64,000 nucleotides of DNA from positions 32,001 to 96,000 of IMG/VR virus record IMGVR_UViG_3300028831_000229, one strand, 5' to 3'. The translations under genes were made by a program, and so were the position numbers. The notes beneath the pieces are model-generated. The model did not search any database and was not told where the DNA came from. It was given only the letters and a program-made list of their open reading frames with translations. Source of the stretch: a virus. Below, in pieces: positions 1 to 10,159 of this stretch (position 1 is its first letter; each line of letters opens with the position of its first letter).

Positions 1-2
1 AC

Positions 3-2015
3 CTGCGTGTCGAGAACAGCATCGCCAATCTGTACCCGGGTGCTCGCGAAGCGCTGGTCTTCATGAACGACTGGTTGCAGACCAGCATCGCCAAGAAGCT
101 GGAAGCCGCTGGTGGTACGCTCTCACCGTTCGCGGCCACCTGTTACGCGATCGGGCTCATCGGCACGCTGTCAGGTCGCGGTGAAGACCACCAGCTGTGG
201 TCGATGCTGAACGAGCAGACTCGCGAGTACGTGACCAGCATCCGCAAGCTGGTGATGCGTGCACGCAACGCGCAGAGCCCCAAGGTGGCGTACAAGATCG
301 CGCTGGAGATCTGGAACCACCTGAAGGACGAAGAGGAGCGACGGAAGCAGGAGAAGAAGCGCCAGCGGGACGAAGAGAAGGCCAAGGCCGGCAAGAAGAC
401 CAAGAAGGAGAAAAGCGATGGCAAGAGCAAGCGCAAGCCCAAGAAGCCCAAAGCTTCGTCCAAAGACGACGAAGGCGAGGACGACGACGCGTCCGGTGGC
501 GCTCCTCTGGACGAAGACGACACCGACCAGGACGACGCTTCAGACGGCGGTGACGACGACGATGCCGGAGATGATTCTTCTGGAGATGAGGAGGGCGCTG
601 AAGGAGACGGTGACGACGATGAATCTGCCGATGACGAAGGCGACGACGACGGTGACGGTGACGATCACGGTGACGGAGGACGAGGAGATGACGACGGAGA
701 CGATGCCGCTACCGAAGAAGCGCCGGAGCCGGACCCTGCGCTAGATGCCGACGAGCAACTCGTTGGTGATGAAGCCGACGAGTCCGACAAGGCCGAGGAG
801 AAGGAAGAGACCATCCGCGAGCGGATGAAGAACGAGGTCAAGCAGACGCTCGCGGTCGGCGAGCGGCGGTACCGTGTCTACACCACGGAGCACGATGTGA
901 TCGGACCACCGCCCAAGCCGCCCAGCGATGACGACCTGCAACGCTACCGGCAGTTCGTCAACCGGCTCGATGAGGAGACCCGCTTCGCATACGGACCGGT
1001 GAAGCGCCAGCTCGAGAACCTCCTCAAGGCGCAGACGCACTCGTTCTACATCCACGGCCTCGACGCCGGAGAGCTGGACCCGGCAGCCCTCCACAGGCTA
1101 GCATCGGCGGCCAATGGTGGTCCGCAGATGAAGGCTCAGGCGCAGTACGTCTTCCGTGAGAAGGTGCGCGCGAAGAGCCTCAAGAGCACCGATGTCGAGA
1201 TCGTGATCGATGTCAGTGGCAGCATGGGGTGTGCAGGCAAGGACGTCTCGCTCTGGCACTGCCAGCAGTGCGACACCGAAGCCGAGCACCTGGTGGTGCC
1301 GCCGTCCATCGACTACTATCACTTCAGCGCTGCTCACCGGCTGGAGCTACCGAAGACGCACACGCACGAGTGCCCGTCGTGTGGGGTGATGACGCTCCAC
1401 AAGCTGGTGAAGGCCCCGGAGTGGGAAGCGAAGATCTCGCTCGCACGGAAGTGCGCGCTGGTCTTCGCTCACTCGCTGGAGTCCGTGCATGTGCCGTTCG
1501 ACATGTACACCTACACGACCGAAGATCCCGGGATGTCGGAGCGCGTGCTGGAGGAGATCCGCGACCGCTCCGTGGACGAGTACAACGAGGTGCGCCAGCT
1601 CTACTCGCGGTTCGGCGGTCTTCACATCATGGACATCAAGCGCTTCGATGAGCGCTGGGCGAACGTGATGTGGAGGCTTGCGCACGTCAACGCCGCGATG
1701 TGCAACTACGACGGCGAGTCGCTGCGGATCGGCGCGCAGCGGCTGATGGCGCGACGCAGCCAACGCAAGGTGATGTTCGTCCTGTGCGACGGCATCCCTG
1801 GTCCGTGCGCAAGCGAGTCGACGGAAGCGCACCGGCTGTACCTGCACGACGTGGTCAAGGAGATCCGCAGCGCCACGCCGATCGAGATCGTGTGCATCGG
1901 AATCGGTGCGCCGGAGGCTGCGGAGTTCTACAACCCGGGGTATGTCAACGTGATGAACGCCAAACAGCTCCCGGCGATCTGCATCCAGCAACTCAAACGC
2001 GTGTTGCTTCAGTAA
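3..2015 (+). CDS. CobT-like VWA-domain protein (5'-partial), probable partner of a MoxR/CobS AAA ATPase
   Basis: Frame is open from the window edge (LRVENSIANLYPGAREAL...). Long D/E tract, then G.LD...L motif, MIDAS DVSGSM and VLCDGIP: CobT-like layout. Confidence 0.75.
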   Translation: MRVENSIANLYPGAREALVFMNDWLQTSIAKKLEAAGGTLSPFAATCYAIGLIGTLSGRGEDHQLWSMLNEQTREYVTSIRKLVMRARNAQSPKVAYKIALEIWNHLKDEEERRKQEKKRQRDEEKAKAGKKTKKEKSDGKSKRKPKKPKASSKDDEGEDDDASGGAPLDEDDTDQDDASDGGDDDDAGDDSSGDEEGAEGDGDDDESADDEGDDDGDGDDHGDGGRGDDDGDDAATEEAPEPDPALDADEQLVGDEADESDKAEEKEETIRERMKNEVKQTLAVGERRYRVYTTEHDVIGPPPKPPSDDDLQRYRQFVNRLDEETRFAYGPVKRQLENLLKAQTHSFYIHGLDAGELDPAALHRLASAANGGPQMKAQAQYVFREKVRAKSLKSTDVEIVIDVSGSMGCAGKDVSLWHCQQCDTEAEHLVVPPSIDYYHFSAAHRLELPKTHTHECPSCGVMTLHKLVKAPEWEAKISLARKCALVFAHSLESVHVPFDMYTYTTEDPGMSERVLEEIRDRSVDEYNEVRQLYSRFGGLHIMDIKRFDERWANVMWRLAHVNAAMCNYDGESLRIGAQRLMARRSQRKVMFVLCDGIPGPCASESTEAHRLYLHDVVKEIRSATPIEIVCIGIGAPEAAEFYNPGYVNVMNAKQLPAICIQQLKRVLLQ

Positions 2016-2027
2016 GGAGACGAGGTC

Positions 2028-3131
2028 ATGAGCTACAAGAGTGACGCAGAAGCCTACTACTCGGAGCACTACAAGGGCCGTGGCCTGGCTCCGAAGCACG
2101 TGATCGGCTTGAAGGACGCCATCGCCAAGGCGCTGAAGAAGGGCGAGAAGCCCGCCAGCGCGGCCAAGGCGTTCTTCAAGGAGAAGGAGATCACACTCAC
2201 CGACAAGCCGGCCGACAAGCCGGCGAAGGAGGACAAGAAGAAGGAGAAGACGAGCAAGGAGCAGACGAGCAAGAAGAATGGCAAGGCGCCGGTCGACGCC
2301 GATGCTCAGGAGGAGACGAGCGACCAGGAAGAGGAGGCTCCGAAGAAGCGGAGCAAGGACACCAAGATGACGGTGGTGCCGTTGCCCGCCGTGGAGGTCA
2401 CCAAGATGGATAGGAAGTCGCTGAAGGCGACCATCGCGCAGCTCAAGGAAGCTGGCGTCAACATCGAGTACGACAAGAAGGACGAGGACGACGTGCTCCG
2501 GCGGCGTATCAACGACGCCATGCAGGCGCTGCCCTCGCCCAAGATGCTCTCCATGCTGGAGAACATCGAGCCGAGCAAGCTCAAGGAGGTGCTGGATCGC
2601 GACTGCTTCGGCATCTTCATCGACATCCGTTCGGCCAGCTGCATGGCGTGCCCGGATGTCGAGACGTGCACCAAGGAGTACCTGAAGAACCTCAAGGGGG
2701 ACTTCAAGGTGTTCCGCCCCGCAATGCAGGAGATCAAGGCAGAGGAGTCGGCTGCCTTGGTCACGGAGGATCAAGTGAAGAAGGCAACGAAGAAGGCGAA
2801 GGAACAGAAGAACGAGAAGCCCTCGGACGAGCCGAAGGCGAAGAAGGTCAAGTGGGATCCGGACCGCTTCATCGCGGTCATCGACGTCGACATCAAGACG
2901 CTCGACAAGGACCACGAGACCTACCAGACGCTCAAGGCGGTCTTCAAGGAGGTGCCCGGCACGTTCGCCGAGCTGCGTGAGATCGTCGAGCGCGAGTACG
3001 ACCTGGCCGGCGACGAGTCGTTCGTCAAGGACTGGGTGCTCGGTCTGCGCAAGCTCGGCTACATCAAGCTCGAAGCCGACCTCGATGACGACGAGCGCAA
3101 GGCGTACGTGGAGGCCGGCCTCCTGAAGTAG
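2028..3131 (+). CDS. Hypothetical K/E-rich protein with Cys cluster (DCFG..CMAC..C)
   Basis: RBS (aggag/gagg) upstream, genome-typical codon usage, 367 aa. Confidence 0.7.
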   Translation: MSYKSDAEAYYSEHYKGRGLAPKHVIGLKDAIAKALKKGEKPASAAKAFFKEKEITLTDKPADKPAKEDKKKEKTSKEQTSKKNGKAPVDADAQEETSDQEEEAPKKRSKDTKMTVVPLPAVEVTKMDRKSLKATIAQLKEAGVNIEYDKKDEDDVLRRRINDAMQALPSPKMLSMLENIEPSKLKEVLDRDCFGIFIDIRSASCMACPDVETCTKEYLKNLKGDFKVFRPAMQEIKAEESAALVTEDQVKKATKKAKEQKNEKPSDEPKAKKVKWDPDRFIAVIDVDIKTLDKDHETYQTLKAVFKEVPGTFAELREIVEREYDLAGDESFVKDWVLGLRKLGYIKLEADLDDDERKAYVEAGLLK

Positions 3132-3203
3132 ACACGGCGCGAGCGATCGCGCCATCACATCCAACAGTTTCGCAAGCAATCTCAACCGTACGGAGACAAG
3201 ACC

Positions 3204-3749
3204 ATGGCCAAGAACGACAAGACCGAGAAGAAGAGCAAGACCCCGTTCGTCGTCACCTTCCCGATGCAGGGCACCCTGCTCGTGCAGGCGACCAGCAAGG
3301 AGACGGCGCTCGACGCCGCCAAGGAGCGGCTGCCGGAGATCCTCAAGAGCGTCGGCGGTTTGCTGGTGAACATCAGCGGCGACCCCACGCTCCTGGTCAC
3401 CGCAGGCGACACCGCGTCTCCGAAGAAGGAGAAGGCCAAGGCCGAGAAGGAGTCCGACTCGGACGACGATGATGATGACGACGAGGACGACGAGGACGAG
3501 GACGAGGAGGGCGAGGACGACGACTCGGATGATGACGACGAGGACGACGACTCCGATGACGACGAGGAGGAGTCCGACGACGATGACGACGACTCGGACG
3601 ATGACGACGAGGACGAGGATGGCGAGGACGACGATGACGACGATGACGAGGAGGAGAAGCCCGCCAAGTCGTCCAAGAAGAGCGACAAGAAGCCGGCCGC
3701 TGGCAAGCCGAAGGTGAAGATCAAGCTGCCCGGCAAGGCCAAGAAGTAG
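3204..3749 (+). CDS. Hypothetical protein with a very long D/E/S tract flanked by K-rich segments
   Basis: ggag RBS; about 65-residue acidic tract. Confidence 0.7.
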   Translation: MAKNDKTEKKSKTPFVVTFPMQGTLLVQATSKETALDAAKERLPEILKSVGGLLVNISGDPTLLVTAGDTASPKKEKAKAEKESDSDDDDDDDEDDEDEDEEGEDDDSDDDDEDDDSDDDEEESDDDDDDSDDDDEDEDGEDDDDDDDEEEKPAKSSKKSDKKPAAGKPKVKIKLPGKAKK

Positions 3750-4097
3750 CTCGCACGGCGACACCAACGTGAAGGAGATGCATGCCGCGACAACGAGCGC
3801 CTCCGCAGGTGAGCGGCTTCGGCCGCGTGTGTCACACGAAAACAATGAGGGATACATGGCTGCATGATTGAAGGCACAGAACATGGTCGACCGAGTGCGA
3901 AGGTGCTGCCGCTCAAAGGCCACGAGCGGATCCGCCTACGCTCTGGGAGCAACAGGCGCGGAGGTTCAACTCCTCCGAGCACGAGGTCGACGCATGCGTG
4001 ACTGACCGCGCCGTCCAGCCTTTCCTATGCAGGGCGATGAAGCTGGACGGCGCCACTGAGCCACGCAAGCGATGAAGACGAGCAAGCGAGGAGCACG

Positions 4098-6425
4098 ATG
4101 TCCAGATCACCAGTCGAGTTCGCCGATACCAAGAAGAAAGCCCGTCGCTTCATGGACGAGCTGTACAAGGAGGCGTACCTCAACCGCCTCGACACGGCGA
4201 TGGACACCGAGTTCGACTTCAAGACGAACCAGATCGCCTTGATGTCGTACTCCTGGGGTCCAGGCATCCGCCGCGTCGTGCAAGGCGACCTCGTGTTGCC
4301 TCACTTCGGCGACTGGCTCGTGGACGACCAGTCGAAGATCGTCTACCAGAACCTCAAGGCCGACAAGGAGGTTATGGAAGAGGCCGGCATCGATGTCGTA
4401 CCCAGCTTCTACGCTGACATCATGATCACCGGCTGGCTTCATGACGAGACGCTCATGAAGCACGACCTCAAGACGCAGAGCGAGCACTGGTTGAAGGACC
4501 CGGATGCTCCAGCGAAGCCGTGGAGGCGAAAGCCGTACCAGCACCTCTTCGCCTACGTGCCGGAAGGCAAGAAGACGCCGATCGTAATGACGCCGTTCCA
4601 GGTGCTCTACGATCTGCCGCCCGATGCGCTGCGTAACGCCTTGAAAACACCAGGCGTGAAGTCCAAGAAGATCCCACCGACCACGGAGCCGCGCACGCGC
4701 GAGCAGTGGTTGCAGCTGATGCTCGACTACTCGGGTGACGACGCCGAGAGCACGGTGCTCAACCACCACGTACACAAGAAGTACCTCAAGCGCATCGGCT
4801 ACTGGAAGAACTACCTCGCGATCGACAGACCGTACACGCTCACGCTCCTCGCTCAGTCCGACCGCGGCGTGCTACTCGACATCCCGCGACTCAAGGTCAT
4901 CCTCCGCAAGATGGACGTGAAGATCATGCGCGCGGAGCGTGTGTTCCGAGCGTTAGCCGGCAACCCGAAGCTCAACCTGCGCAGCGGACCGCAGATGCAG
5001 GAGCTGCTCATCAACGAGTGGGGTTGGCCGGTGCGTGACGACTTCAAGACGGCGACCGGCGCAGCGAAGCTCAACAAGGAGGCGATGTACTGGTGGAGCG
5101 AAGAAGGCTACGAGATGGCCGACGTCAAGCTGGAGTTCAACAACGCTGCCACGATGAAGGGCACGTTCCTCCAAGGCTTGATCAACGGTGTCAGTGACGA
5201 CGGTCGCCTGCGTTCGGACTTCAACCAGATCGGCGCACGCACCGGTCGCATTTCTTCGCGGAAGGGCGTTGAGGAGGTCGAGGAGGAGTACACGCTGAAG
5301 AACGGCGTCACCAAGACGCGCACCAAGAAGGTGAAGGTCGGCGCGAACCTCCAGAACATCCCGAGCCGGAAGGAGAAGGATCCGGACGGCATCCGTGGTG
5401 CCTTCATCGCACCGAAGGCTGGACAGATCACAGCGTGGGGCGACGTGGCGGACGAAGACCACGTGCTCATCGTCTGCGACTTCAGCGGCTTCGAGCTGTG
5501 CATGGCGATTCACTGGGCGTCCAGCCTGGTGAAGGACTCGCCGATGCTCAAGGTGATGCACAAGTACGGTTCGCCGAGCGCGTGCCACGCGTTCACCGCG
5601 ATCAACCTCTACGCCGAGCACGTTCACCGCTGCGACTCCAGCTGCTACGAGGTTGACAAGAAGACCAAGCTCGTGGTGATGGGCGCAGACGGCAAGCCGG
5701 TCTTCAAGAAGTTCCACGCCGACGGTCAGAAGATCAAGCTCGGCAAGATCAAGATGGACGACTGGAAGATGGTGAAGGCGCTCTTCCCTGACCAGTACCT
5801 CATCTCGAAGAACAACAACTTCAACCTGCTGTACGGCGGCTCGCCCAAGATGATGGCGCGGCTTCGCGGTCTCGACTTCCGAGACGAGGCGGTGCTGGAC
5901 GAGTGTCGCGAGCAGGCGCAGGCATGGAACGACCTCTACCAGGAGATCCCGATCTACCAGCGCTTCATGGTGGACCACGGTTACGAAGAAGGCTGGGTCC
6001 CAGTGCTCGGCGGCTGGCACGCGAACGTCGCGAACGGTCTCGCAGGCAAGGACAGCAACGGCAAATTCGTCTCGGACGAGGACAAGCGCAAGCGTCTCAT
6101 CGCTCACTGGGAACGCGTGTGCATGAACACGCCGTGCCAAGGCAGCGCGAGCTGGATCGTGAAGATGGCGCAGATCCTGTGCGAACGTGATCAGCGTCTT
6201 CGCGAGATGCGTTGCGCGCAGCTGTTCCCGGTGCACGATGAGCTGGTCTTCGAGGTGCCGAAGCGCTTCGCGCAGGAGTGCCTGCCGATCGTGATCGGCA
6301 ACATGAAGAAACCGTTCGCTCCTGGTTCGAGCGGCAAGAAGCATCCCAAGCCTCACGAGGAACTCGCCTTCCTGATGGACGTGGAAGGCATGATCGGTGA
6401 GAACTGGTTGCAAGCGAAGGGCTAA
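4098..6425 (+). CDS. polA: DNA polymerase family A (3'-5' exonuclease + polymerase)
   Basis: ExoI MDTEF, ExoII QNLKAD, ExoIII YSGDDA, TGRISS...NLQNIP, motif A DFSGFEL, motif B K.NNFNLLYG, NTPCQGSA, motif C VHDEL. Confidence 0.95.
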   Translation: MSRSPVEFADTKKKARRFMDELYKEAYLNRLDTAMDTEFDFKTNQIALMSYSWGPGIRRVVQGDLVLPHFGDWLVDDQSKIVYQNLKADKEVMEEAGIDVVPSFYADIMITGWLHDETLMKHDLKTQSEHWLKDPDAPAKPWRRKPYQHLFAYVPEGKKTPIVMTPFQVLYDLPPDALRNALKTPGVKSKKIPPTTEPRTREQWLQLMLDYSGDDAESTVLNHHVHKKYLKRIGYWKNYLAIDRPYTLTLLAQSDRGVLLDIPRLKVILRKMDVKIMRAERVFRALAGNPKLNLRSGPQMQELLINEWGWPVRDDFKTATGAAKLNKEAMYWWSEEGYEMADVKLEFNNAATMKGTFLQGLINGVSDDGRLRSDFNQIGARTGRISSRKGVEEVEEEYTLKNGVTKTRTKKVKVGANLQNIPSRKEKDPDGIRGAFIAPKAGQITAWGDVADEDHVLIVCDFSGFELCMAIHWASSLVKDSPMLKVMHKYGSPSACHAFTAINLYAEHVHRCDSSCYEVDKKTKLVVMGADGKPVFKKFHADGQKIKLGKIKMDDWKMVKALFPDQYLISKNNNFNLLYGGSPKMMARLRGLDFRDEAVLDECREQAQAWNDLYQEIPIYQRFMVDHGYEEGWVPVLGGWHANVANGLAGKDSNGKFVSDEDKRKRLIAHWERVCMNTPCQGSASWIVKMAQILCERDQRLREMRCAQLFPVHDELVFEVPKRFAQECLPIVIGNMKKPFAPGSSGKKHPKPHEELAFLMDVEGMIGENWLQAKG

Positions 6426-6446
6426 GGCCCGGAAGGAGAAGAGGAG

Positions 6447-6791
6447 ATGCACACCAAGGTCGGCATGATTTCCACTAGACTCACAGAAGCCGAGCGCAAG
6501 AAGATGTATGACCTCGCGCAGCGAGGCGTCAAGTTGTGCAAGGTGGTCCCGTCACGCGGCGGCATGTTACTCACGTACCTGTTTGACTACCTCTCCCGTG
6601 CGATGGTTGCGCTCGCTGCCAGCGAGCTGCGTGTCAACCACGCCGAGCGCGAGCTTCGCGAGCTGCGTACCGAGAACGCCCAGCTCAGCGAGCAGCTGCG
6701 TCTCGCGAAGGCCGACATGCCGCCGGAGCGGTTCGAGGAAGACACACGCACCGGCACAGCGAACCCGTTCGCCGAAGGCAGCCGGCCGTGA
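6447..6791 (+). CDS. Hypothetical coiled-coil protein
   Basis: Strong purine RBS; its stop overlaps the next start (GTGA). Confidence 0.6.
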   Translation: MHTKVGMISTRLTEAERKKMYDLAQRGVKLCKVVPSRGGMLLTYLFDYLSRAMVALAASELRVNHAERELRELRTENAQLSEQLRLAKADMPPERFEEDTRTGTANPFAEGSRP

Positions 6792-7270
6792 CGCCGAAGC
6801 GGATGATGGCGCATCGCTTCTGGCAGAAGCGCGAGGTCGGTCGCGTGAAGGCGCTGCATCCGCAGACCAAGGCGGAGATCTACGTCAACCCGCAGCGTGA
6901 TGCGCTCATCTCTTCCGACCTCGACATGGAGCTGCGTCGCTTGCCAGGCACGTTGTCCTGGTACCTGGCGCTCAAGACTGCGGCGAAGACCGCTCTCGAT
7001 GAAGCGAAGCACAACGAGCACAACGTCAGTGAAGACCTGTACGCTCAGAAGCGTGCAGAGAGAGGAGCCGCGAAGACCACAGAGACAGAGCTGAAGATGC
7101 TGGTGAAGGTCGACCCCAAGATGCGCCGAGCGTTCCGCAAGCGCATGGAGGCGGAAGAGATGCTGCGCAACATGGAGGACGCAGTCGAGCAGATCCAGAG
7201 CAAGAAGTGGACGCTTCGTGATCTCGTCCAGCTCATGCTCGCCGAACGCGGAACGAAAGATCACATCTAA
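6788..7270 (+). CDS. UvsY-like recombination mediator
   Basis: All-helical 160 aa with a pattern like T4 UvsY (P..LSWY...LY..K..TETELKMLVKVDP...IQSKKWTL); sits just upstream of SSB and RecA. Confidence 0.6.
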   Translation: MTPKRMMAHRFWQKREVGRVKALHPQTKAEIYVNPQRDALISSDLDMELRRLPGTLSWYLALKTAAKTALDEAKHNEHNVSEDLYAQKRAERGAAKTTETELKMLVKVDPKMRRAFRKRMEAEEMLRNMEDAVEQIQSKKWTLRDLVQLMLAERGTKDHI

Positions 7271-7317
7271 CGACCGTAATGCCCTTTGAGGCCGGATGGT
7301 CCATCAGGAGAATGAAC

Positions 7318-8271
7318 GTGAAGAAGGACAAGTCGAAGAAGAAGTCGAAGAGCGGTGGTGACGATGACCTGCGCAAGATGCGCGAGCGCCACCAGCGCCT
7401 CAAGGAGCGCTCGGAGAACCCCGGTGGCGGAGGCGGAGAGAAGCGCTTCGATGAACTGAAGGTCGGCAAGAACCTGCGTCGTGTGCTGCCGCGGCTCGTG
7501 GACGGCAAGATCAACCCGCAGTTCTACACAGAATCGTTGATGCACTTCAAGGTCGGTCCGAATCAGTGGACCGTCCGGTGCATCGGCGACAAGTTCATCG
7601 ACAAGAAGTCAGGACGTCCGACGCCCGGCACGCCGTGTCCGATCTGCAAGAAGTTCCTGAAGGAGCAGGATCGGGTCAACAGCGAGTACGGCAAGGGCGA
7701 CGAGGAAGGCAAGCACGAGTGGAAGAAGGCGAAGGAAGCCTACTGCCCACGCGTCCGCTACTACTTCAACGTCATCGACGGCGAAGGCGAGGTCAAGCTC
7801 CACAGCTGCGGCGACCAGATCATGGAGCAGCTTCTCGGCTATTTCTTCGAGGACGACTCCGACGTCGGTGACTTCACCGCGGTCGACGGCGGCTCGTGGA
7901 TGAACTTCAAGCGCATCGGGGACGGCCGGAACACGAAGTACAAGGTCTTTCCCGGTGACCCGGCTCCGATCGAAGACCAGTGGGACACCGTCAAGGACAT
8001 GCTCCACGATCTCGAGGCTGCCAAAGGCGAGGTGCGCACCGCCGAACAGATCGTCAACATCATGAAGGGCGTCAAGGAGGAGGACGACGAGTCCGACGAC
8101 TCCAGCGATGACGAAGAGGAGGAGGAGGACGAAGACGAGGAGCAGGAAGACGACGAGAGCGAGGAGGAAGCGGAGGACGATGACGAGGACGACGAAGACG
8201 AGCGCCCCATCAAGTCCTCCAAGCTGAGCAAGAAGATGAAGTCGAAGCTCAAGAAGAAAAGCAGGAGGTAA
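7318..8271 (+). CDS. gp32-like single-stranded DNA-binding protein
   Basis: GKNLRRVLP, H..C...CPIC zinc site, RYYFNVID, acidic tail. Start placed at GTG after aggag; the ORF track starts it at 7279. Confidence 0.8.
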   Translation: MKKDKSKKKSKSGGDDDLRKMRERHQRLKERSENPGGGGGEKRFDELKVGKNLRRVLPRLVDGKINPQFYTESLMHFKVGPNQWTVRCIGDKFIDKKSGRPTPGTPCPICKKFLKEQDRVNSEYGKGDEEGKHEWKKAKEAYCPRVRYYFNVIDGEGEVKLHSCGDQIMEQLLGYFFEDDSDVGDFTAVDGGSWMNFKRIGDGRNTKYKVFPGDPAPIEDQWDTVKDMLHDLEAAKGEVRTAEQIVNIMKGVKEEDDESDDSSDDEEEEEDEDEEQEDDESEEEAEDDDEDDEDERPIKSSKLSKKMKSKLKKKSRR

Positions 8272-8273
8272 CC

Positions 8274-8510
8274 ATGCCCGTCGTCACTTACAAGCTCGGA
8301 GACATCGTGCGGTGCAAGCGCTGCAAGCGCCTGTACGAGATGAACGTGTGCGGCTCGTGCAGCGAGCAGCACCCGATCGCTGTCGACATGCCGTTCCACA
8401 CGGTGGTCGACCACGTGGAGGAGTTCTGCGTCGAGTGCATCACGCCGGAAGAGCTGGCACTCATCGCCTACCATGCGCGTGAGCGCGTCCACGGAGCGCA
8501 AGCCAACTAG
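8274..8510 (+). CDS. Small Zn-finger protein
   Basis: Three CxxC pairs. Confidence 0.55.
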   Translation: MPVVTYKLGDIVRCKRCKRLYEMNVCGSCSEQHPIAVDMPFHTVVDHVEEFCVECITPEELALIAYHARERVHGAQAN

Positions 8511-8566
8511 CGAGACCGCGGCAAGCCGCCTGTACAGCGGCTTCTCGCCCTCTCATCGGAGGACGC

Positions 8567-9538
8567 ATGGCGAAGACGAAAGAGAAGCGGATCGACATCT
8601 TCAAGGAGATGGAGCGGCGGCGCAAGGAGCACGTCCGTGCTGCCGTCAAGCTCAAGGCCGCTCGCGACGCGGCGATGCTGAAGATCCGCGAGAAGTACGG
8701 CATCGCCCCACTCGCGGGATCTCGTGCGAAGAACATCCTGACGATTCCGTCAGGCCACCAGCGGCTGGATGACCTGCTCACCGGCACGACCGACAAGACG
8801 CACGAGACGGTCGAAGGCAGCGGCGGCGGCTGGCCGCGCGGTCGCATCATCGAGATCTACGGCCCGGAGTCGTGCGGCAAGACGACCATGACGCTGGAGA
8901 TCATCAAGGCTGCGCAGACCGCCGGTCTTCGCTGTGCGTTCATCGACGCCGAGCACGCGCTTCATGCCGGGTACGCCGCGAAGATCGGCGTCGACCTTGA
9001 TGCGCTGGAGTTCGAGCAACCCAGCAGCGCGGAGGAGGCGTTCGACCTCGGCATTGATCTGGCGAAGGCGCAAGCCGTTGACGTCATCGTCATCGACTCG
9101 GTGTCAGCGTTGGAGCCCGAGGCCGAAGACGAGGAGGATATGAAGAAGAGCAGCGTCGCCCTCCAAGCCCGGCTGATGTCGAAGGGCTTGCGCAAGCTCG
9201 TCAAGCACGTCTCAGACGCCGGCATCCTCATGGTGTTCGTGAACCAGACGCGCAAGAAGATCGGCGTGCGGTTCGGCAATCCGAACACCACGAGCGGCGG
9301 CAACGCGCTCCGCTTCTACGCGAGCATCCGGCTCGACATGGTGCGCGTGAAGACGCTCAAGAAGGGCGACAAGAAGTTCGGCATCCGCACCAAGGTGCAG
9401 ACCGTGAAGAACAAGGTTGCGCCGCCGTTCCGCGAGGTCCACATCGACATCCACAACAAGGTCGGCATCGCGGAAGTGCACGGCGATTTCATCCCAGGCG
9501 GGAAGGGAAGCTCAGGAGGTGATGACGATGACGAGTAG
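8567..9538 (+). CDS. recA: RecA recombinase
   Basis: [60 protein letters not shown]. Confidence 0.97.
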   Translation: MAKTKEKRIDIFKEMERRRKEHVRAAVKLKAARDAAMLKIREKYGIAPLAGSRAKNILTIPSGHQRLDDLLTGTTDKTHETVEGSGGGWPRGRIIEIYGPESCGKTTMTLEIIKAAQTAGLRCAFIDAEHALHAGYAAKIGVDLDALEFEQPSSAEEAFDLGIDLAKAQAVDVIVIDSVSALEPEAEDEEDMKKSSVALQARLMSKGLRKLVKHVSDAGILMVFVNQTRKKIGVRFGNPNTTSGGNALRFYASIRLDMVRVKTLKKGDKKFGIRTKVQTVKNKVAPPFREVHIDIHNKVGIAEVHGDFIPGGKGSSGGDDDDE

Positions 9539-9767
9539 GTGGCGAAGGTTTGCCCAGTGGTTGAATCTGAAGCTGATGCCGAACAGGCCGTGCAGCTTCT
9601 GGCGCCGCAACAAGACACGCTACGAGGCGAGTCGTCGTTTGTACAAAGGCGATCCGGCGATGCGCCTCTTGGTCGACGTGCTCGCACACCCCACGCCGGC
9701 AGAGCGTGCGGAAGACGAAGCAGATCCGAAGTGCGGCAAGTGCAAGACCTGCACCGCGCCGCCGTGA
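9528..9767 (+). CDS. Hypothetical protein
   Basis: ggaggt RBS inside the recA 3' end; C-terminal CxxCxxC. Confidence 0.45.
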   Translation: MTSRWRRFAQWLNLKLMPNRPCSFWRRNKTRYEASRRLYKGDPAMRLLVDVLAHPTPAERAEDEADPKCGKCKTCTAPP

Positions 9768-9789
9768 CCGCTCACCCAAGGAGACTACG

Positions 9790-10089
9790 ATGATGAAGAA
9801 GAGCGTGAAGACGAAGAAGCAACCGCGCCCCGTGTCCGACAAGGTCAAGGAGGCGCACCACGGTGTCATCGCAGCCACGGCGATCGAAGAGATCGCTGGT
9901 GCTGCGCTGCTCAACGGTGAGATCGGCAAAGCGGTCGAGATGCGCGATTACCGCAGGGTGGTCGAGCTGACCAGGCAGGCTGCCGCGCACTACAACCGCA
10001 TCGACCGTGCCACCACTTCGGCGATGGTCCAGCTCAACTACGACGGCATGGACAGCTCTCAGTACGAAGACGATGACGACGATCTGTGA
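9790..10089 (+). CDS. Hypothetical protein
   Basis: aaggag RBS, typical codon usage. Confidence 0.55.
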   Translation: MMKKSVKTKKQPRPVSDKVKEAHHGVIAATAIEEIAGAALLNGEIGKAVEMRDYRRVVELTRQAAAHYNRIDRATTSAMVQLNYDGMDSSQYEDDDDDL

Positions 10090-10159
10090 AGGCTGTGACT
10101 GCCCGATTGACGGCAAGTACCTTCACGATTTTTGCAACACGCAACAAGGAGAAGAGCAG

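Noticed and set aside
3-2015. Cobalamin-biosynthesis auxiliary gene (cobT)
   Set aside because: No other cob genes are present; phage CobS/CobT-like pairs are better read as MoxR-VWA chaperones.
3460-3660. GAC/GAT/GAG trinucleotide runs resembling a microsatellite or array
   Set aside because: They encode the Asp/Glu tract of a protein; no spacer structure.
1347-3923. 858-aa minus-strand ORF and similar long antisense ORFs (4953-6452, 10034-11272, 51097-52632, 52687-54768, 56358-57908, 58020-60098)
   Set aside because: Shadow ORFs produced by strong GC3 codon bias opposite clearly recognisable + strand genes; L/V/R-rich with no motifs.
5260-5790. Possible inteins in PolA
   Set aside because: The insertions are only ~25-50 aa and lack a C/S start, an HN end and LAGLIDADG motifs.
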